Shown one piece after another: positions 19,226 through 29,088 of a DNA stretch of 64,000 nt. The translations under genes and the position numbers were made by a program. Location: contig OY970067.1 in NCBI GenBank assembly GCA_963705305.1, forward strand, positions 2,752,001-2,816,000. Direction: 5' to 3'. Within the stretch, counting starts at the first letter, position 1, and every line of letters starts with the position of its first letter. Below the pieces are notes generated by a model that searched no databases, had not been told where the DNA came from, and worked only from the letters and a program-made list of their open reading frames with translations. The DNA comes from an uncultured Methylomirabilota bacterium (GTDB taxonomy: Bacteria; Methylomirabilota; Methylomirabilia; Methylomirabilales; 2-02-FULL-66-22).

Positions 19226-20779
19226 TCAGGCTCCGCCAGCCGCCCGAACGAAGATGGGGTTGCTCAGAATCTGGTGGGGCGTCGGCCCCCGGACCTGGAG
19301 GCGATAATAGAGATTCGTCCCCGGCGGGACCGGCCTCTCGGTGAAGCGGAGGCTGAGCGGCGTCTCCCCGCGGAGGGTCTGGACGACCTCCCCGGACCGG
19401 ATGACCAGAACCTCGACGGGCAGCCTTCCGGGGACGGCGGTCCCGATGGCGGCGCGCACCTCGGGCCGGTCTCCCGCGTTCACGGTGAGCCGCCCTCCCG
19501 CCTCGGCCGGCGGCTGCCCCGGGAGACCGACCTGGAACTGATCCAGGACCAACCCCTGCTCTTGGGTCCGCTGCAGTGCGTACATCCGGCCGGCTCGGAG
19601 CGCTGCCATCAGGGCCTGAGCATCCCTGGTTTCTGCCAGGAAGACGGTCTGGATGGTGCCGAAGTGCTTTCCAGCCTCCCCCTCCTGACTATAGGCGGCT
19701 TCCCCGATAGCCCAGGCAAGGGCGGCGCGCTGGCCCGCCAGATAGGCCATGAGGAGTTGGTCCCAGCCTGCACCGGGATCGGTGAAGGTCGTCGTGTCCT
19801 CGTAGATGCCGCCGAAGGCCGCGAAGCGGTCCGTGCGGAGCAGGTCGTCCGGGTAGGGATCGGTCCGGATGGTAGCCCGAAAGCCAGCCACGGTCATCTC
19901 GTGGTAGTCCTTGGCCTCCGGCAGCATCCACACCGCCAAGCCCCCGTGGGCGTTCACAAAGTCGATGACGGTCTGATGCGGGCGAAGCCCGGCGCCAGCG
20001 TCATACGGGGATCCGGGACCGTGCTGAAACGGAAAATTGTTGGCCAGCAGGAGGCCCGAGGCCGCGAGACACAGGATTCCGTAAAACGTGTAGCGTCGCT
20101 CGACGGAGGCCCGGAAATGCTGGAACCGAACGACGCGGCGCGTGCGGAGCCGCAACAGCCAGAGACCGGGGACCAGCAGCACAACGGGGGCGAGCAGCCA
20201 CAGGGACCCGATCCCCCACCGGGCAGCGCCGGGATTCCCCACGGCAGGGAGGTTCCGGTAGTCCTCGGCATGAAAAAGGCCAAGGGCCAGAATGTCCTTC
20301 TGGGCATCGTGCATGGTCAGCGTGCCGTCAAACAGGGAGCCGGTCCAGTAGTAATTCGGCATGACCTGAGCTCCAGGGATGAGCAGCACCTGCTGCTGGC
20401 GCGCGTTGATAACACGGATGGCCTGCAGGTACGCTTCGGGGCCGCGACTGAGGATGGAGGGGTAGTCCATGCGGTAGCGCAAGAGGTGACGCAGGGGAGG
20501 CAGGCCAAATTCGAACTGCTCGAGGAGGTTATCCGTCAGGAAGATCGCCTGGACACCGGCCTGCCGGGCCCGGTCCGCGATCTGGTCCAAAGTGTCATCT
20601 GCGCCGCACCAGGTGGAGTGCACGTGGATGACGGCGGGAACGAGCCGCAAAGGAGTGCCAGCCCGCGCCCTCGACGGCAGGACGAGGACCAGCGCAAGAC
20701 CGAGCCAAGCCAGGAGGGCGAAGACCGGAAAACTGCGGGGCGGCGCGCAGCGGCAGATGGGCCGATCATGAAGCGCCAT
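19226..20779 (-). CDS. Exported/membrane PHP-like metallohydrolase-fold protein
   Basis: Signal-like N-terminus; IHVHST (HxH), FLTDN; two internal TM segments; ALRAGRMY; C-terminal SNPIFV. Confidence 0.6.
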   Translation of the reverse strand: MALHDRPICRCAPPRSFPVFALLAWLGLALVLVLPSRARAGTPLRLVPAVIHVHSTWCGADDTLDQIADRARQAGVQAIFLTDNLLEQFEFGLPPLRHLLRYRMDYPSILSRGPEAYLQAIRVINARQQQVLLIPGAQVMPNYYWTGSLFDGTLTMHDAQKDILALGLFHAEDYRNLPAVGNPGAARWGIGSLWLLAPVVLLVPGLWLLRLRTRRVVRFQHFRASVERRYTFYGILCLAASGLLLANNFPFQHGPGSPYDAGAGLRPHQTVIDFVNAHGGLAVWMLPEAKDYHEMTVAGFRATIRTDPYPDDLLRTDRFAAFGGIYEDTTTFTDPGAGWDQLLMAYLAGQRAALAWAIGEAAYSQEGEAGKHFGTIQTVFLAETRDAQALMAALRAGRMYALQRTQEQGLVLDQFQVGLPGQPPAEAGGRLTVNAGDRPEVRAAIGTAVPGRLPVEVLVIRSGEVVQTLRGETPLSLRFTERPVPPGTNLYYRLQVRGPTPHQILSNPIFVRAAGGA

Positions 20780-21899
20780 GCGACATCACCTCACGGTACA
20801 GGGCGGCGAGGGATTCAATCATGGCCTCTGCGCTGTATCGGGGGGCCCGCCGTCGGCCAGCTTCCCCCAGCTCCCGCGCCCGGGCCGGGTCGTGGAGCAA
20901 AGTGGTGATGGCCCCGGCCAAGGCCGCTGGGTCGGCGGGCGGGACGAGGAGCCCCGCCTCGCCCTCCCCCAGCAGCTCTGGCACGCCGCCAACCCGGGAT
21001 GCCACGATCGGCTTTCCCCGGGCCATGGCCATGACCAGCACTCGGCCCATCCCCTCGTTGAGAGATGGCAGCACGACCACGTCCATGCCGGCGATGAGCG
21101 ACGGCACGTCCTCCCGAAACCCCATGAAGAGGATGCGGTCCCCGAGGCCGTTCCGCCGGGCCTGCGCCTCCAGCTCTGGCCGCATTTCGCCGTCCCCGAC
21201 GATGACCAGGCGGGCCGTCGGGGCCGCCCGGAGGATATGCGGGGCCGCCTCCACGAGATGGTGGAATCCCTTGATCGGGGCCAGGCGTCCCACCGCACCG
21301 ATCAGCGGGCCCTCCGAGGCCGGACGGACGGGCAGAGCCGCCCGCACCGGCTCCAGGTCCACCCCGCTTGGAATCGTGACGAACTGCCCTAGTCGCCCGA
21401 TTCCCTGCCGCACGTGATCGCGCGCCTCCTCGTCGCTCAGGGTAATAATGCGATCCGTCCAGCGGGCCGTCAAGCGTTCCATGCGAATGAAGATCCGGGT
21501 GACCGGCCCCGAGAAGTACTCCACGAAGACGTGTCCGTGGGGGGTGTGGACGATGTGGGGGGTGCGGGCCAACCTGGCGGCGACGCGGCCGAGAAAGCCG
21601 GCCTTCGAAGAGTGCGTGTGCACGATATCCGGGCGGAGCGTCCGGATGGCCCGCCAGAGCTGGGAGAGCGCCGACAGATCCGCGAGGGGACGGACCGGCC
21701 GTTGAAGCGACGGGAGGGTCGTCCAGGCGACTCCCGCGGCCGCCAGATGGTCCGCCAGTCCGGGCGGCGGGTCGCTGGAGCGGCCCGAGATCAGGCCGCA
21801 GCGGAACTCCGAGGGCGGCATGCGGGTGGCGGAGATGACCGTGTTCTCCGTGGACCCCCCCACGTCCAGCCGGGTGATGATGTGGAGAACGCGGATCAT
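20766..21899 (-). CDS. Glycosyltransferase family 4
   Basis: HTHSSKAG, GRLAPIKG, PSLNEGMGRVLVMAMA, GGVPE. Confidence 0.92.
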   Translation of the reverse strand: MIRVLHIITRLDVGGSTENTVISATRMPPSEFRCGLISGRSSDPPPGLADHLAAAGVAWTTLPSLQRPVRPLADLSALSQLWRAIRTLRPDIVHTHSSKAGFLGRVAARLARTPHIVHTPHGHVFVEYFSGPVTRIFIRMERLTARWTDRIITLSDEEARDHVRQGIGRLGQFVTIPSGVDLEPVRAALPVRPASEGPLIGAVGRLAPIKGFHHLVEAAPHILRAAPTARLVIVGDGEMRPELEAQARRNGLGDRILFMGFREDVPSLIAGMDVVVLPSLNEGMGRVLVMAMARGKPIVASRVGGVPELLGEGEAGLLVPPADPAALAGAITTLLHDPARARELGEAGRRRAPRYSAEAMIESLAALYREVMSHGAS

Positions 21900-23053
21900 G
21901 GCTGCGAATTTCTCCCGATACGGGACATGCGGAAGAGTTCCACGGCGGCGCTACCGACCGCCTCGGCCGGAACGCCTTCCCACCATGCTCCGCCGGCGAC
22001 CGGGCCCGTCGGGGTAAAAATCCGGCAAGGCCCTTTTCCGCGAGGTCCAAACCTCCCCGAGTCGGCAGGACCGAAGGGGGCGACCAAGGGGGTGTGAAGG
22101 GCCGCGCCCATATGCATGGGCCCGCTGTCGTTGGTGACTAGGAGCGCCGCGCGCTCGAGGAGCGCGGCCAGAACGGGAAGCGAGGTCTCTCCAGCCAGCG
22201 AGATGGCCTTGGGGATGGCGTCGGCCAGCGATGCGCACAGCTCGCGGTCGCTGGGACCCCCGATGAGCAGGACCCGCGCCCCTTCCCCGGCAAGCCGCTG
22301 GCCGACCTCGGCAAAACGGTCCTGCGGCCAGCGGGCCTCGGGCCGGGCAGATCCCGCGTGCAGGCAGACAAGGCGGTCCCGGCCCGGAATGCCGTGGTCT
22401 TCCAGGAGGGAAGCACAGGCACGCCGGTCGTCGTCCCGCACCCAGAGCTCTGGAACGTCACAGACCCTGGGCGCCCCCAGGAGGCGCGCAACCGCCAGCT
22501 GGGCATCGACCTCATGCCCTTCTTCCCGGGATGCCAGATCGTAGAAGAATCCGCATCCGCGGCTCCAGCGTCCGGCCGTGCAGCGTGCGCCCATGAGCCG
22601 GAGAAAGGCGGCCATCCGCAGGGCTCCGCGCACGGTCTCAAGGCCATACAGGTTGATAGCCAAGTCGAATCGCTGGCGGCGCAGCTGCCAGAGCAGCCGC
22701 CACAACTCGCGGCTGCGCCGGCCCAAGGCCCATTTCAAGGCAGAGCGGGAGTGGCGGAGGTCGATAGCGAGGGCCGTGCTTACATAGGGGCACCGCTCCG
22801 CCAGGGGCTGCACCTCGGGAATGGTCAGGAGCCATATGTCGGACCGGGGGAATCGTTCCCGGATGGCCCGCAAGGCGACCGTGGAAAAGATGAAGTCCCC
22901 GAGGCCTGCCGCGATGACGACCAGGATCCGCTCCGGGGCAGCCACGGGCAGCCTGGGCGAATTCCCGCGGGACGGGGGGATACTGGATGCGGTTCGGCCC
23001 ATTGCAATGCACCACCCTGTGGGCGAGGCAGTTCCTGGAATGCGCGGGCTCAC
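21896..23053 (-). CDS. Glycosyltransferase family 9 (heptosyltransferase-like); true start probably GTG near 22945
   Basis: GLGDFIF, RWPQDRF, LAGETSL, TNDSGPMH. Confidence 0.88.
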   Translation of the reverse strand: MSPRIPGTASPTGWCIAMGRTASSIPPSRGNSPRLPVAAPERILVVIAAGLGDFIFSTVALRAIRERFPRSDIWLLTIPEVQPLAERCPYVSTALAIDLRHSRSALKWALGRRSRELWRLLWQLRRQRFDLAINLYGLETVRGALRMAAFLRLMGARCTAGRWSRGCGFFYDLASREEGHEVDAQLAVARLLGAPRVCDVPELWVRDDDRRACASLLEDHGIPGRDRLVCLHAGSARPEARWPQDRFAEVGQRLAGEGARVLLIGGPSDRELCASLADAIPKAISLAGETSLPVLAALLERAALLVTNDSGPMHMGAALHTPLVAPFGPADSGRFGPRGKGPCRIFTPTGPVAGGAWWEGVPAEAVGSAAVELFRMSRIGRNSQP

Positions 23054-23060
23054 CGATCGG

Positions 23061-24959
23061 CTATTCCAGCGTCCAGATCCTGTGTGAGTCGAGGTGCTCC
23101 TGCATCCACATTTCGAGCATCATCAACGCCCAGAGGCGGTCGCCGTGAGCCTGCCTGCCGGCCAGGTGCCCGCGCTTCAGCTCCTCGACGGCTTCGGGGG
23201 CGAACAGACCGCGGGCCCGGATCCGTTCCGGGGCCAGCAGCGTCTCCATGAGCTGGCGGAGGTCCGTTCGCAGCCAGCGGCCCAGGGGGATCATGAAGCC
23301 CTGTTTCCGGTGGGTCAAGATCTCCCGAGGCAGGACATCCGCGAAGGCCGCCTTGAGCAGCCCTTTCAGGCGGAGGCCAGGCATCTTGGTGCGTGGGGCG
23401 ATGCGCAGGCTCTCCTCCAGGAGGCGGTGGTCGCAGAACGGAGCCCGCAGCTCGAGCGAGCTGGCCATGCTCATCCGGTCGGCCATCACCAGCAGATCGT
23501 CGGGGAGGTAGGTGCTGAGGTCGATGCGGAATGCGCCATCCACGGGGTCCCCGAAACTGCGCGCGGCGAAGGCGGCCTGCTGCCTTGTTTCCGGGTCATC
23601 GCAGCAGCGGGCCCGCAGGGCGGGCGTGGACACGCGGGCCAGATTGGCCCTGCTGAAGAAGCGGGTCCAGCCGATGTAGCGGTCCGGCAGGGGATCCCGC
23701 GCCCCGCGAACGAACCGCCTGGTCCAGTCGGCCCAGTTGCGACTGGCCTCGCTCTGGGGGACGCCGCGCAGCAGGGCGGCCTCGGGCAGGGCGCGAAGCC
23801 AGAAGGGAATCCTGGCGTACCATTCCGAGAGACGGACCCCCAGATAGCGGGGGTACCCGGCAAACGCCTCGTCCCCCCCGATGCCGGACAGCGCCACCTT
23901 GACGTGGCGAGCGGTCGCCCGAGACACCAGGAAGGTGGGAACGGCCGAGGAGTCGGCAAAGGGCTCGCCGAGGTGGCGCACGATGGCCGGCAGCACCTCC
24001 AGGACCTTCGGCTCGATAATCTCCTCGTGGTGATCGGTCTCGAAGCGCCGCGCCACCAGCCGTGCCAGGGGCAGCTCGTCGAAGGAGGGTGCGGCGCTGC
24101 CGAAGCCGATGGAGAAGGTGGCGATCCGCTGGCCCGTGACCTCGCGCATGCTGGCCACCACCGCGCTGGAGTCGATGCCCCCGCTCAGGAAGACCCCCAG
24201 CGGGACGTCGCTTTCGAGGCGCAGCCGCACCGCCTCGCGGAGCGACTGGCGGATACGGCCGGCGGCCTCTCCGGCCGGCACGCGGGATGCGTCCCGGACG
24301 TGTGGAAGGCTCCAGTAGCGCTCGAGCCGCAGCTCGCCATCCGCCAGCGTTGCGACGTGTGCCGGCGGGAGCTTGGCGATGCCGGCGAAGATGGACCGGT
24401 CTTCCGGGGTGTAGCCGAACGCCAGGTAATGGTGGAGGGCCTGCCAGTCCAGGCGCCGCGAAACAGCCGGATGGCCAAGGAGCGGCCTGATCTCGGAGGC
24501 GAAAAGGCAGAGGTCGCCCTGCCGCCAGAGGTACAGCGGCTTCTTCCCGATCCGATCCCTGGCGAGGAAGAGGCGCCGCCGGCTCCGGTCCCAGATGGCG
24601 AAGGCGAACATCCCCCGGAGCTGCTCCACGCAGCCCGCGCCCGCCTCTTCGTAGAGATGGAGAATCACCTCGGTATCGCTGTGGGTCTGGAAGTGGTGGC
24701 CGGACCGCTCCAGAGCCGGGCGAAGCTCGCGGTGGTTGTAGATCTCTCCGTTGAAGACGATCCAGAGCGATCCGTCCTCGTTGGCCATGGGCTGGTGTCC
24801 GCCGGCCAGGTCGATGATTGCTAGGCGCGTCATGCCCAGGCCGGCCTCGGGCTCCGCATGGATGCCCGAATCGTCCGGCCCGCGATGGGACAGCTCGCGA
24901 AGCATGGCGGCCAGATGCTCCGGCGTGCTGGATCCGACGTACCCGGCGATTCCGCACAT
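23061..24959 (-). CDS. asnB: Asparagine synthase (glutamine-hydrolysing)-like amidotransferase
   Basis: MCGIAG, HRGPD, FNGEIYN, RDRIGKKPLY, LSGGIDSS, GGDE, DRMSMASSLELRAPF, KQGF. Confidence 0.95.
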   Translation of the reverse strand: MCGIAGYVGSSTPEHLAAMLRELSHRGPDDSGIHAEPEAGLGMTRLAIIDLAGGHQPMANEDGSLWIVFNGEIYNHRELRPALERSGHHFQTHSDTEVILHLYEEAGAGCVEQLRGMFAFAIWDRSRRRLFLARDRIGKKPLYLWRQGDLCLFASEIRPLLGHPAVSRRLDWQALHHYLAFGYTPEDRSIFAGIAKLPPAHVATLADGELRLERYWSLPHVRDASRVPAGEAAGRIRQSLREAVRLRLESDVPLGVFLSGGIDSSAVVASMREVTGQRIATFSIGFGSAAPSFDELPLARLVARRFETDHHEEIIEPKVLEVLPAIVRHLGEPFADSSAVPTFLVSRATARHVKVALSGIGGDEAFAGYPRYLGVRLSEWYARIPFWLRALPEAALLRGVPQSEASRNWADWTRRFVRGARDPLPDRYIGWTRFFSRANLARVSTPALRARCCDDPETRQQAAFAARSFGDPVDGAFRIDLSTYLPDDLLVMADRMSMASSLELRAPFCDHRLLEESLRIAPRTKMPGLRLKGLLKAAFADVLPREILTHRKQGFMIPLGRWLRTDLRQLMETLLAPERIRARGLFAPEAVEELKRGHLAGRQAHGDRLWALMMLEMWMQEHLDSHRIWTLE

Positions 24960-25294
24960 GGCCTATGCCGATTCCTGTATTGCGCCGAGGGCCTTGAGGC
25001 GGCTGTGGCGCGGGGCCGTGCTCTCGTCGAGTATGAGGCCTCGCATCATCATCCCACGGCCGCGTGGTTCTCCCCCGGAAGTCCTATCTCGTCCATCGAG
25101 TATGCCGCCCCCCTCCGTCGGGGGCACGGATGGTACGACCGTGCCCGCCGTTCCTGGCGTGATGCCGGTCAGGACACCATCCGAGGTGGGCACCCGTCCG
25201 AAGGGGCACAATGCTTTGCCTGATGGTCGACCTCGGCAGGGCATACCTGTGCGGCCAGGAAGACAATCGGGCGAGCTTGCATCTATCCTCGGAG

Positions 25295-25801
25295 TCATTT
25301 CAAAAGGGTCGCCTCTATAGTCAACGCCGGAAACACCCGCAGCGGGCTCTGCTCGTAGAGCGTGGGAAACCAGTTCGCGATCGGCTCCAAGAGATAATTC
25401 CAGATGGACAGTCGCTTGCCGAATACCAAGCGCACGCTGCATCTGGAAAATCGGAAGTCAAAATAGCCGCAGTCCCGGGCGTAGTAGAAGAATGTGGGGT
25501 AGGCAAAAAAGTGGTGGTGAGTCGGGTCGGCATAGGCCAGCTGCCAAGTAAAATGTGGCACGGATATGATGACCCTTCCACCCGGCTGAAGGATTCGATG
25601 GATCTCCTTCATAGCCTGGTTGTGATCCCTCAAGTGCTCCAGGCATTGCTGCATGCTCACCTCAGACACAGTGTCGGATTTGAATGGCCAGGGATATGTG
25701 TTGAGGTCGCACACGAGATCTACGTCTGGAGCCATGGGGTTCACATCCACATTCACGTGCCCCGGAAGTGGCTGCCCTCCCGATCCGAGATTCAGCTTCA
25801 T
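25295..25801 (-). CDS. SAM-dependent methyltransferase (Methyltransf_11-like)
   Basis: LNLGSG, LEHL, EIHRILQPGG, DPTH. Confidence 0.85.
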   Translation of the reverse strand: MKLNLGSGGQPLPGHVNVDVNPMAPDVDLVCDLNTYPWPFKSDTVSEVSMQQCLEHLRDHNQAMKEIHRILQPGGRVIISVPHFTWQLAYADPTHHHFFAYPTFFYYARDCGYFDFRFSRCSVRLVFGKRLSIWNYLLEPIANWFPTLYEQSPLRVFPALTIEATLLK

Positions 25802-25936
25802 GACGTTTTCCTTCGGTCCTTCAACCTATTCCCTTGCGGTTCCCACCACGCCACATCAGCGGGGCACTTCTCGTGTGGCGGGGGGAGGGAGAGCAAACAG
25901 GCGGCCCACCCGAATCCGATTTTCCGGACGAGGAAG

Positions 25937-26057
25937 AGCCGAGGCCGGACTTTTTATGGAGTCCGGCGTCATCCGGCCCGCGGTGGGCCAGGGCACGGAA
26001 CCTCGTGGGGACCCCACGAGATGCCTCCAATCCTATGCAGCCAGTGATCCCACTCAA
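25937..26057 (-). pseudogene. Relic 5' end of a second asnB-like gene
   Basis: LSGITGCIG...RALAHRGPDDAGLH aligns without gaps to MCGIAGYVG...RELSHRGPDDSGIH of the asnB at 23061-24959. Confidence 0.6.
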
Positions 26058-26127
26058 CGTCCCGGTTCTCCCCTGCGTTCGGAGGGCAATCATCGACGAC
26101 GGCCGTTGCGACATCCCACTCCCCGCA

Positions 26128-27762
26128 TCACCAAAAGCGATAGATGAGAATCCACCGTCCAGCCCGATCCTCGACGATGTGAATCAGCTTCAGCCCTGGA
26201 AGGCGCTGCTGGCGTCCGGCTGCCAGGACCATCAGGTCCGGACGTGATTCCGGCAGGCGAAAGTTGTCCGCAATGAGGAAGCGTGCCCCAGCTTGTCGCC
26301 CCGCTGCGAACAGATTTTCCAGCGACCGATTTCCGAACATAATGTCGCGCGAATCGGCATAGTAGCTAAGCACTGGGTAGGACCCTATAAAGACGGTCCC
26401 GGGTCCCGCTGTCTGGCGCAGCCACAGCCCTGCAACCTTCTCGATAGCGTACGGATCCTGGCGGAACCAGGGCCGGGCGATCCAGGGAACAAAGCTGACC
26501 AGGGCTGCGATCAGCAACAAGAGGCTGGGCAGAGAGAGGCCGCGGGGAACAGGGGAACCCTCCCGGCGGCCGAGCCGGGCCAGGCCGATGCCGGCAATGA
26601 TACTCAGTACGGGAATCAGCGAGACGAAATATCGGGCCCCGACTAAGTACAAGAGGAAGCCGGCCAGGGGAAGCAGCACGGCTATTAAGAGCCACTCCGG
26701 GCGGGCGGGTGGAGGGCGAAACCGCAAATGCAGGAGGCCCAACACGACGAGCACGATGCCTCCGGATGTGAGGAGAGTTGTGAGCACATATTTGTCGATG
26801 AGGTGTAGATTAATGATCATGCGCCACAGAGTCGTCTCCGGCCGGGCCATCACGTATTCGGCCAGACTGTTCGGAACGTCGTTGCTCTGCAGCTCCACGA
26901 GGTGGCGTTCGCCGAAGCTCGCCTGTCGCTCGTCTCCGACGCTCTCAGCATAAAGCAGGGAGATTCCCGCCTTGCCGCTCCAGTGCCAGAGCCCGGTCTT
27001 CGTGTGAATCAGTGCCATGTAGGGATACAGGACGGCCATCCAACAGAACGTGAGGGTGGCGAGTCCGGTGACGACCGCCCGCCTCGTCCAGACTCTCCCG
27101 AAGCACAAGGGGGCCGAAATCAACAGGACCCACACGAGGAGCAGATAGGCCATCCCTTCCGGCCTCGCCAGTGTGGCAAGCGCTCCCAGGATGCCTGCGA
27201 AGCACATTGAAACCCAAGAACGTGTCCGGAGGCTGCGAGCAAGGAGGGCTAGGAAGAGCGTCAGACAGAGGCCGAACGTTGCCTCCGACAACACCTTGGT
27301 GCTGGCCTCAACTGCCGCCGGCGCAACAGCCACCAGGAGGCCAGCAGTCCAGGACACGGGCTCGTCCGTCGTCTCACGCGCCAGCCAGATGGTCGGCCAA
27401 ACCCAGAGGCCGCCCAAAACGGCGGATACGACCCGTCCCACCCATTCGGGGTCAGTCCACAGGTTGAGAAAGGGTGCAATCAACGCCGAGTAGAGTGGCG
27501 GGTGCAAGACATTGATCGCGCGCCAGTTCGTCCACAGCGCTCGGGCGTTTTCCAGATAGACGATCCCGTCTATCTCGATCCCCTCTCGTCGCGTTGCTAC
27601 GAGGATCCGGAGGCTGATCGCGAAGACGGATAGGGCGATTCCAGGAAGCACGATCCCACGGAATATCCCCGGGGTGTAGTTAACAACGCGGCCTCTCGCG
27701 ACCCCTGCACCTCCTCCTTCGTCTGAGGGTCCAGTACACCACGAAACGAGAGGCAGATTCAT
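26128..27762 (-). CDS. GT-C fold (PMT/ArnT-like, GT39) membrane glycosyltransferase
   Basis: DGIVY, HPPLYS, LSE, LARPEG, RYFVSLIP; about 11-12 hydrophobic segments; start uncertain. Confidence 0.75.
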   Translation of the reverse strand: MNLPLVSWCTGPSDEGGGAGVARGRVVNYTPGIFRGIVLPGIALSVFAISLRILVATRREGIEIDGIVYLENARALWTNWRAINVLHPPLYSALIAPFLNLWTDPEWVGRVVSAVLGGLWVWPTIWLARETTDEPVSWTAGLLVAVAPAAVEASTKVLSEATFGLCLTLFLALLARSLRTRSWVSMCFAGILGALATLARPEGMAYLLLVWVLLISAPLCFGRVWTRRAVVTGLATLTFCWMAVLYPYMALIHTKTGLWHWSGKAGISLLYAESVGDERQASFGERHLVELQSNDVPNSLAEYVMARPETTLWRMIINLHLIDKYVLTTLLTSGGIVLVVLGLLHLRFRPPPARPEWLLIAVLLPLAGFLLYLVGARYFVSLIPVLSIIAGIGLARLGRREGSPVPRGLSLPSLLLLIAALVSFVPWIARPWFRQDPYAIEKVAGLWLRQTAGPGTVFIGSYPVLSYYADSRDIMFGNRSLENLFAAGRQAGARFLIADNFRLPESRPDLMVLAAGRQQRLPGLKLIHIVEDRAGRWILIYRFW

Positions 27763-28037
27763 TCCTTTTCCTGTGAGGCCTGGAGGTGCCGGATGGGCGT
27801 CCAGACAAGGACGCCTGCATCGGGATCTCCCCAGTGAGTCGTTGGCAGCGGCCTCTGCGAATCCGAAACGGTGGACAGGAGGGCCGCGGCGCTGCTCGCC
27901 GGCCCAATGACGTTAGTGAATGCGACTTCGCCCTGCACCGGGAGGAGGAAACACGAAGACCTGTTCATAGCGCACTTACCAGTTGAAGGCGAGTGTGATA
28001 CGAGTGCCGCCAAGTGAAACCGGGAAGATCACTAACC

Positions 28038-29069
28038 TCATTTCGATGTGAGTGCGACAAGCTCCTCTCCGTGATGGTGACCCAGAGCGCAAAAGAGCCT
28101 CTCCCGGAAGGCAAACCAGTCTCTTCCAGGCTGAGGTGGAGGCGACTTTCCCTTGGTGATCACGCCTCGTTGGATCAGCCTGCTGGTATCGAAGGCCCCC
28201 GGGGCGAGACGTGCGGAGGTCTTGACCGTCACATGCGTGAACCCGCCCTTCCCCAAAAGGGCCCGCAGGTTCTCGCAGGCATACGTGTAAAGATGCCTGG
28301 GAGGGTCCAAGTGGAGCCAATGCCTGCCGAAGATCCAGTGCCCCAGGCTCCCCGCGTTCGGAGCATAGAGAACTAGGGTTCCACCGGTCTTCAGAATCCG
28401 ATGGCACTTTCGGATGACAGTAACCGGGTCATAGAAATGTTCGATCGCGTGATTCATGGTAATGTGGTCCACGGATTCCGCCGCAATGTCCGCGTCCTCG
28501 AAGGAAGCGGTCCGGACGTCGATACCTCTGCTGCTAGCGATCGCTGCCGATACAGGATCCATCTCGACCCCCAGAACCATCCATCCGAGCGCCTTCATGG
28601 CGACAAGGAAATCGCCGCGCCCGCAGCCGATGTCCAGGAGCAGTGCTTCCGGCCGGTAATGCGGAGCCAGTTCCTTCAGGTCGCTGGTGGCACGCAATCG
28701 GATGACGGGAATTCCACCCAGGAGCCTTCCCAGCCAGCAAAACCGGTGGCGCGAGTGAACAGCCCGATAACCGTAATACCCGCAGAAGATCATCTGCCTG
28801 AGCGCATCCCTCACGCTGCCTAGAAAACGAGCGTGCTCTTCCGTCGGCCTGTTGTCTCCTGGGAGAACATGGGTGTAATAGTCCTCGTAATATTCCTTCA
28901 TGTCTTCCCGCACCGGACGTGGCGAAAGCCAGATCAGCCCGCACTGCGGGCAGACCATTTCGCCGAAGCGCCCTTCGTGTCCAAAGAGCTGGTCCTCGAC
29001 CTGTGGGTAGAGGACCCGCCCCGGCATTGCGCACAGGAGACAACTTCCTACCGGTTCGGTCCGGACCAT
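28038..29069 (-). CDS. Class I SAM-dependent methyltransferase with N-terminal Zn ribbon
   Basis: CLLC, CPQCG, LLDIGCGRG, HAIEHFYDP, PPRHLY. Confidence 0.88.
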   Translation of the reverse strand: MVRTEPVGSCLLCAMPGRVLYPQVEDQLFGHEGRFGEMVCPQCGLIWLSPRPVREDMKEYYEDYYTHVLPGDNRPTEEHARFLGSVRDALRQMIFCGYYGYRAVHSRHRFCWLGRLLGGIPVIRLRATSDLKELAPHYRPEALLLDIGCGRGDFLVAMKALGWMVLGVEMDPVSAAIASSRGIDVRTASFEDADIAAESVDHITMNHAIEHFYDPVTVIRKCHRILKTGGTLVLYAPNAGSLGHWIFGRHWLHLDPPRHLYTYACENLRALLGKGGFTHVTVKTSARLAPGAFDTSRLIQRGVITKGKSPPPQPGRDWFAFRERLFCALGHHHGEELVALTSK

Positions 29070-29088
29070 CAGCGCCTACTCCGCAAGA

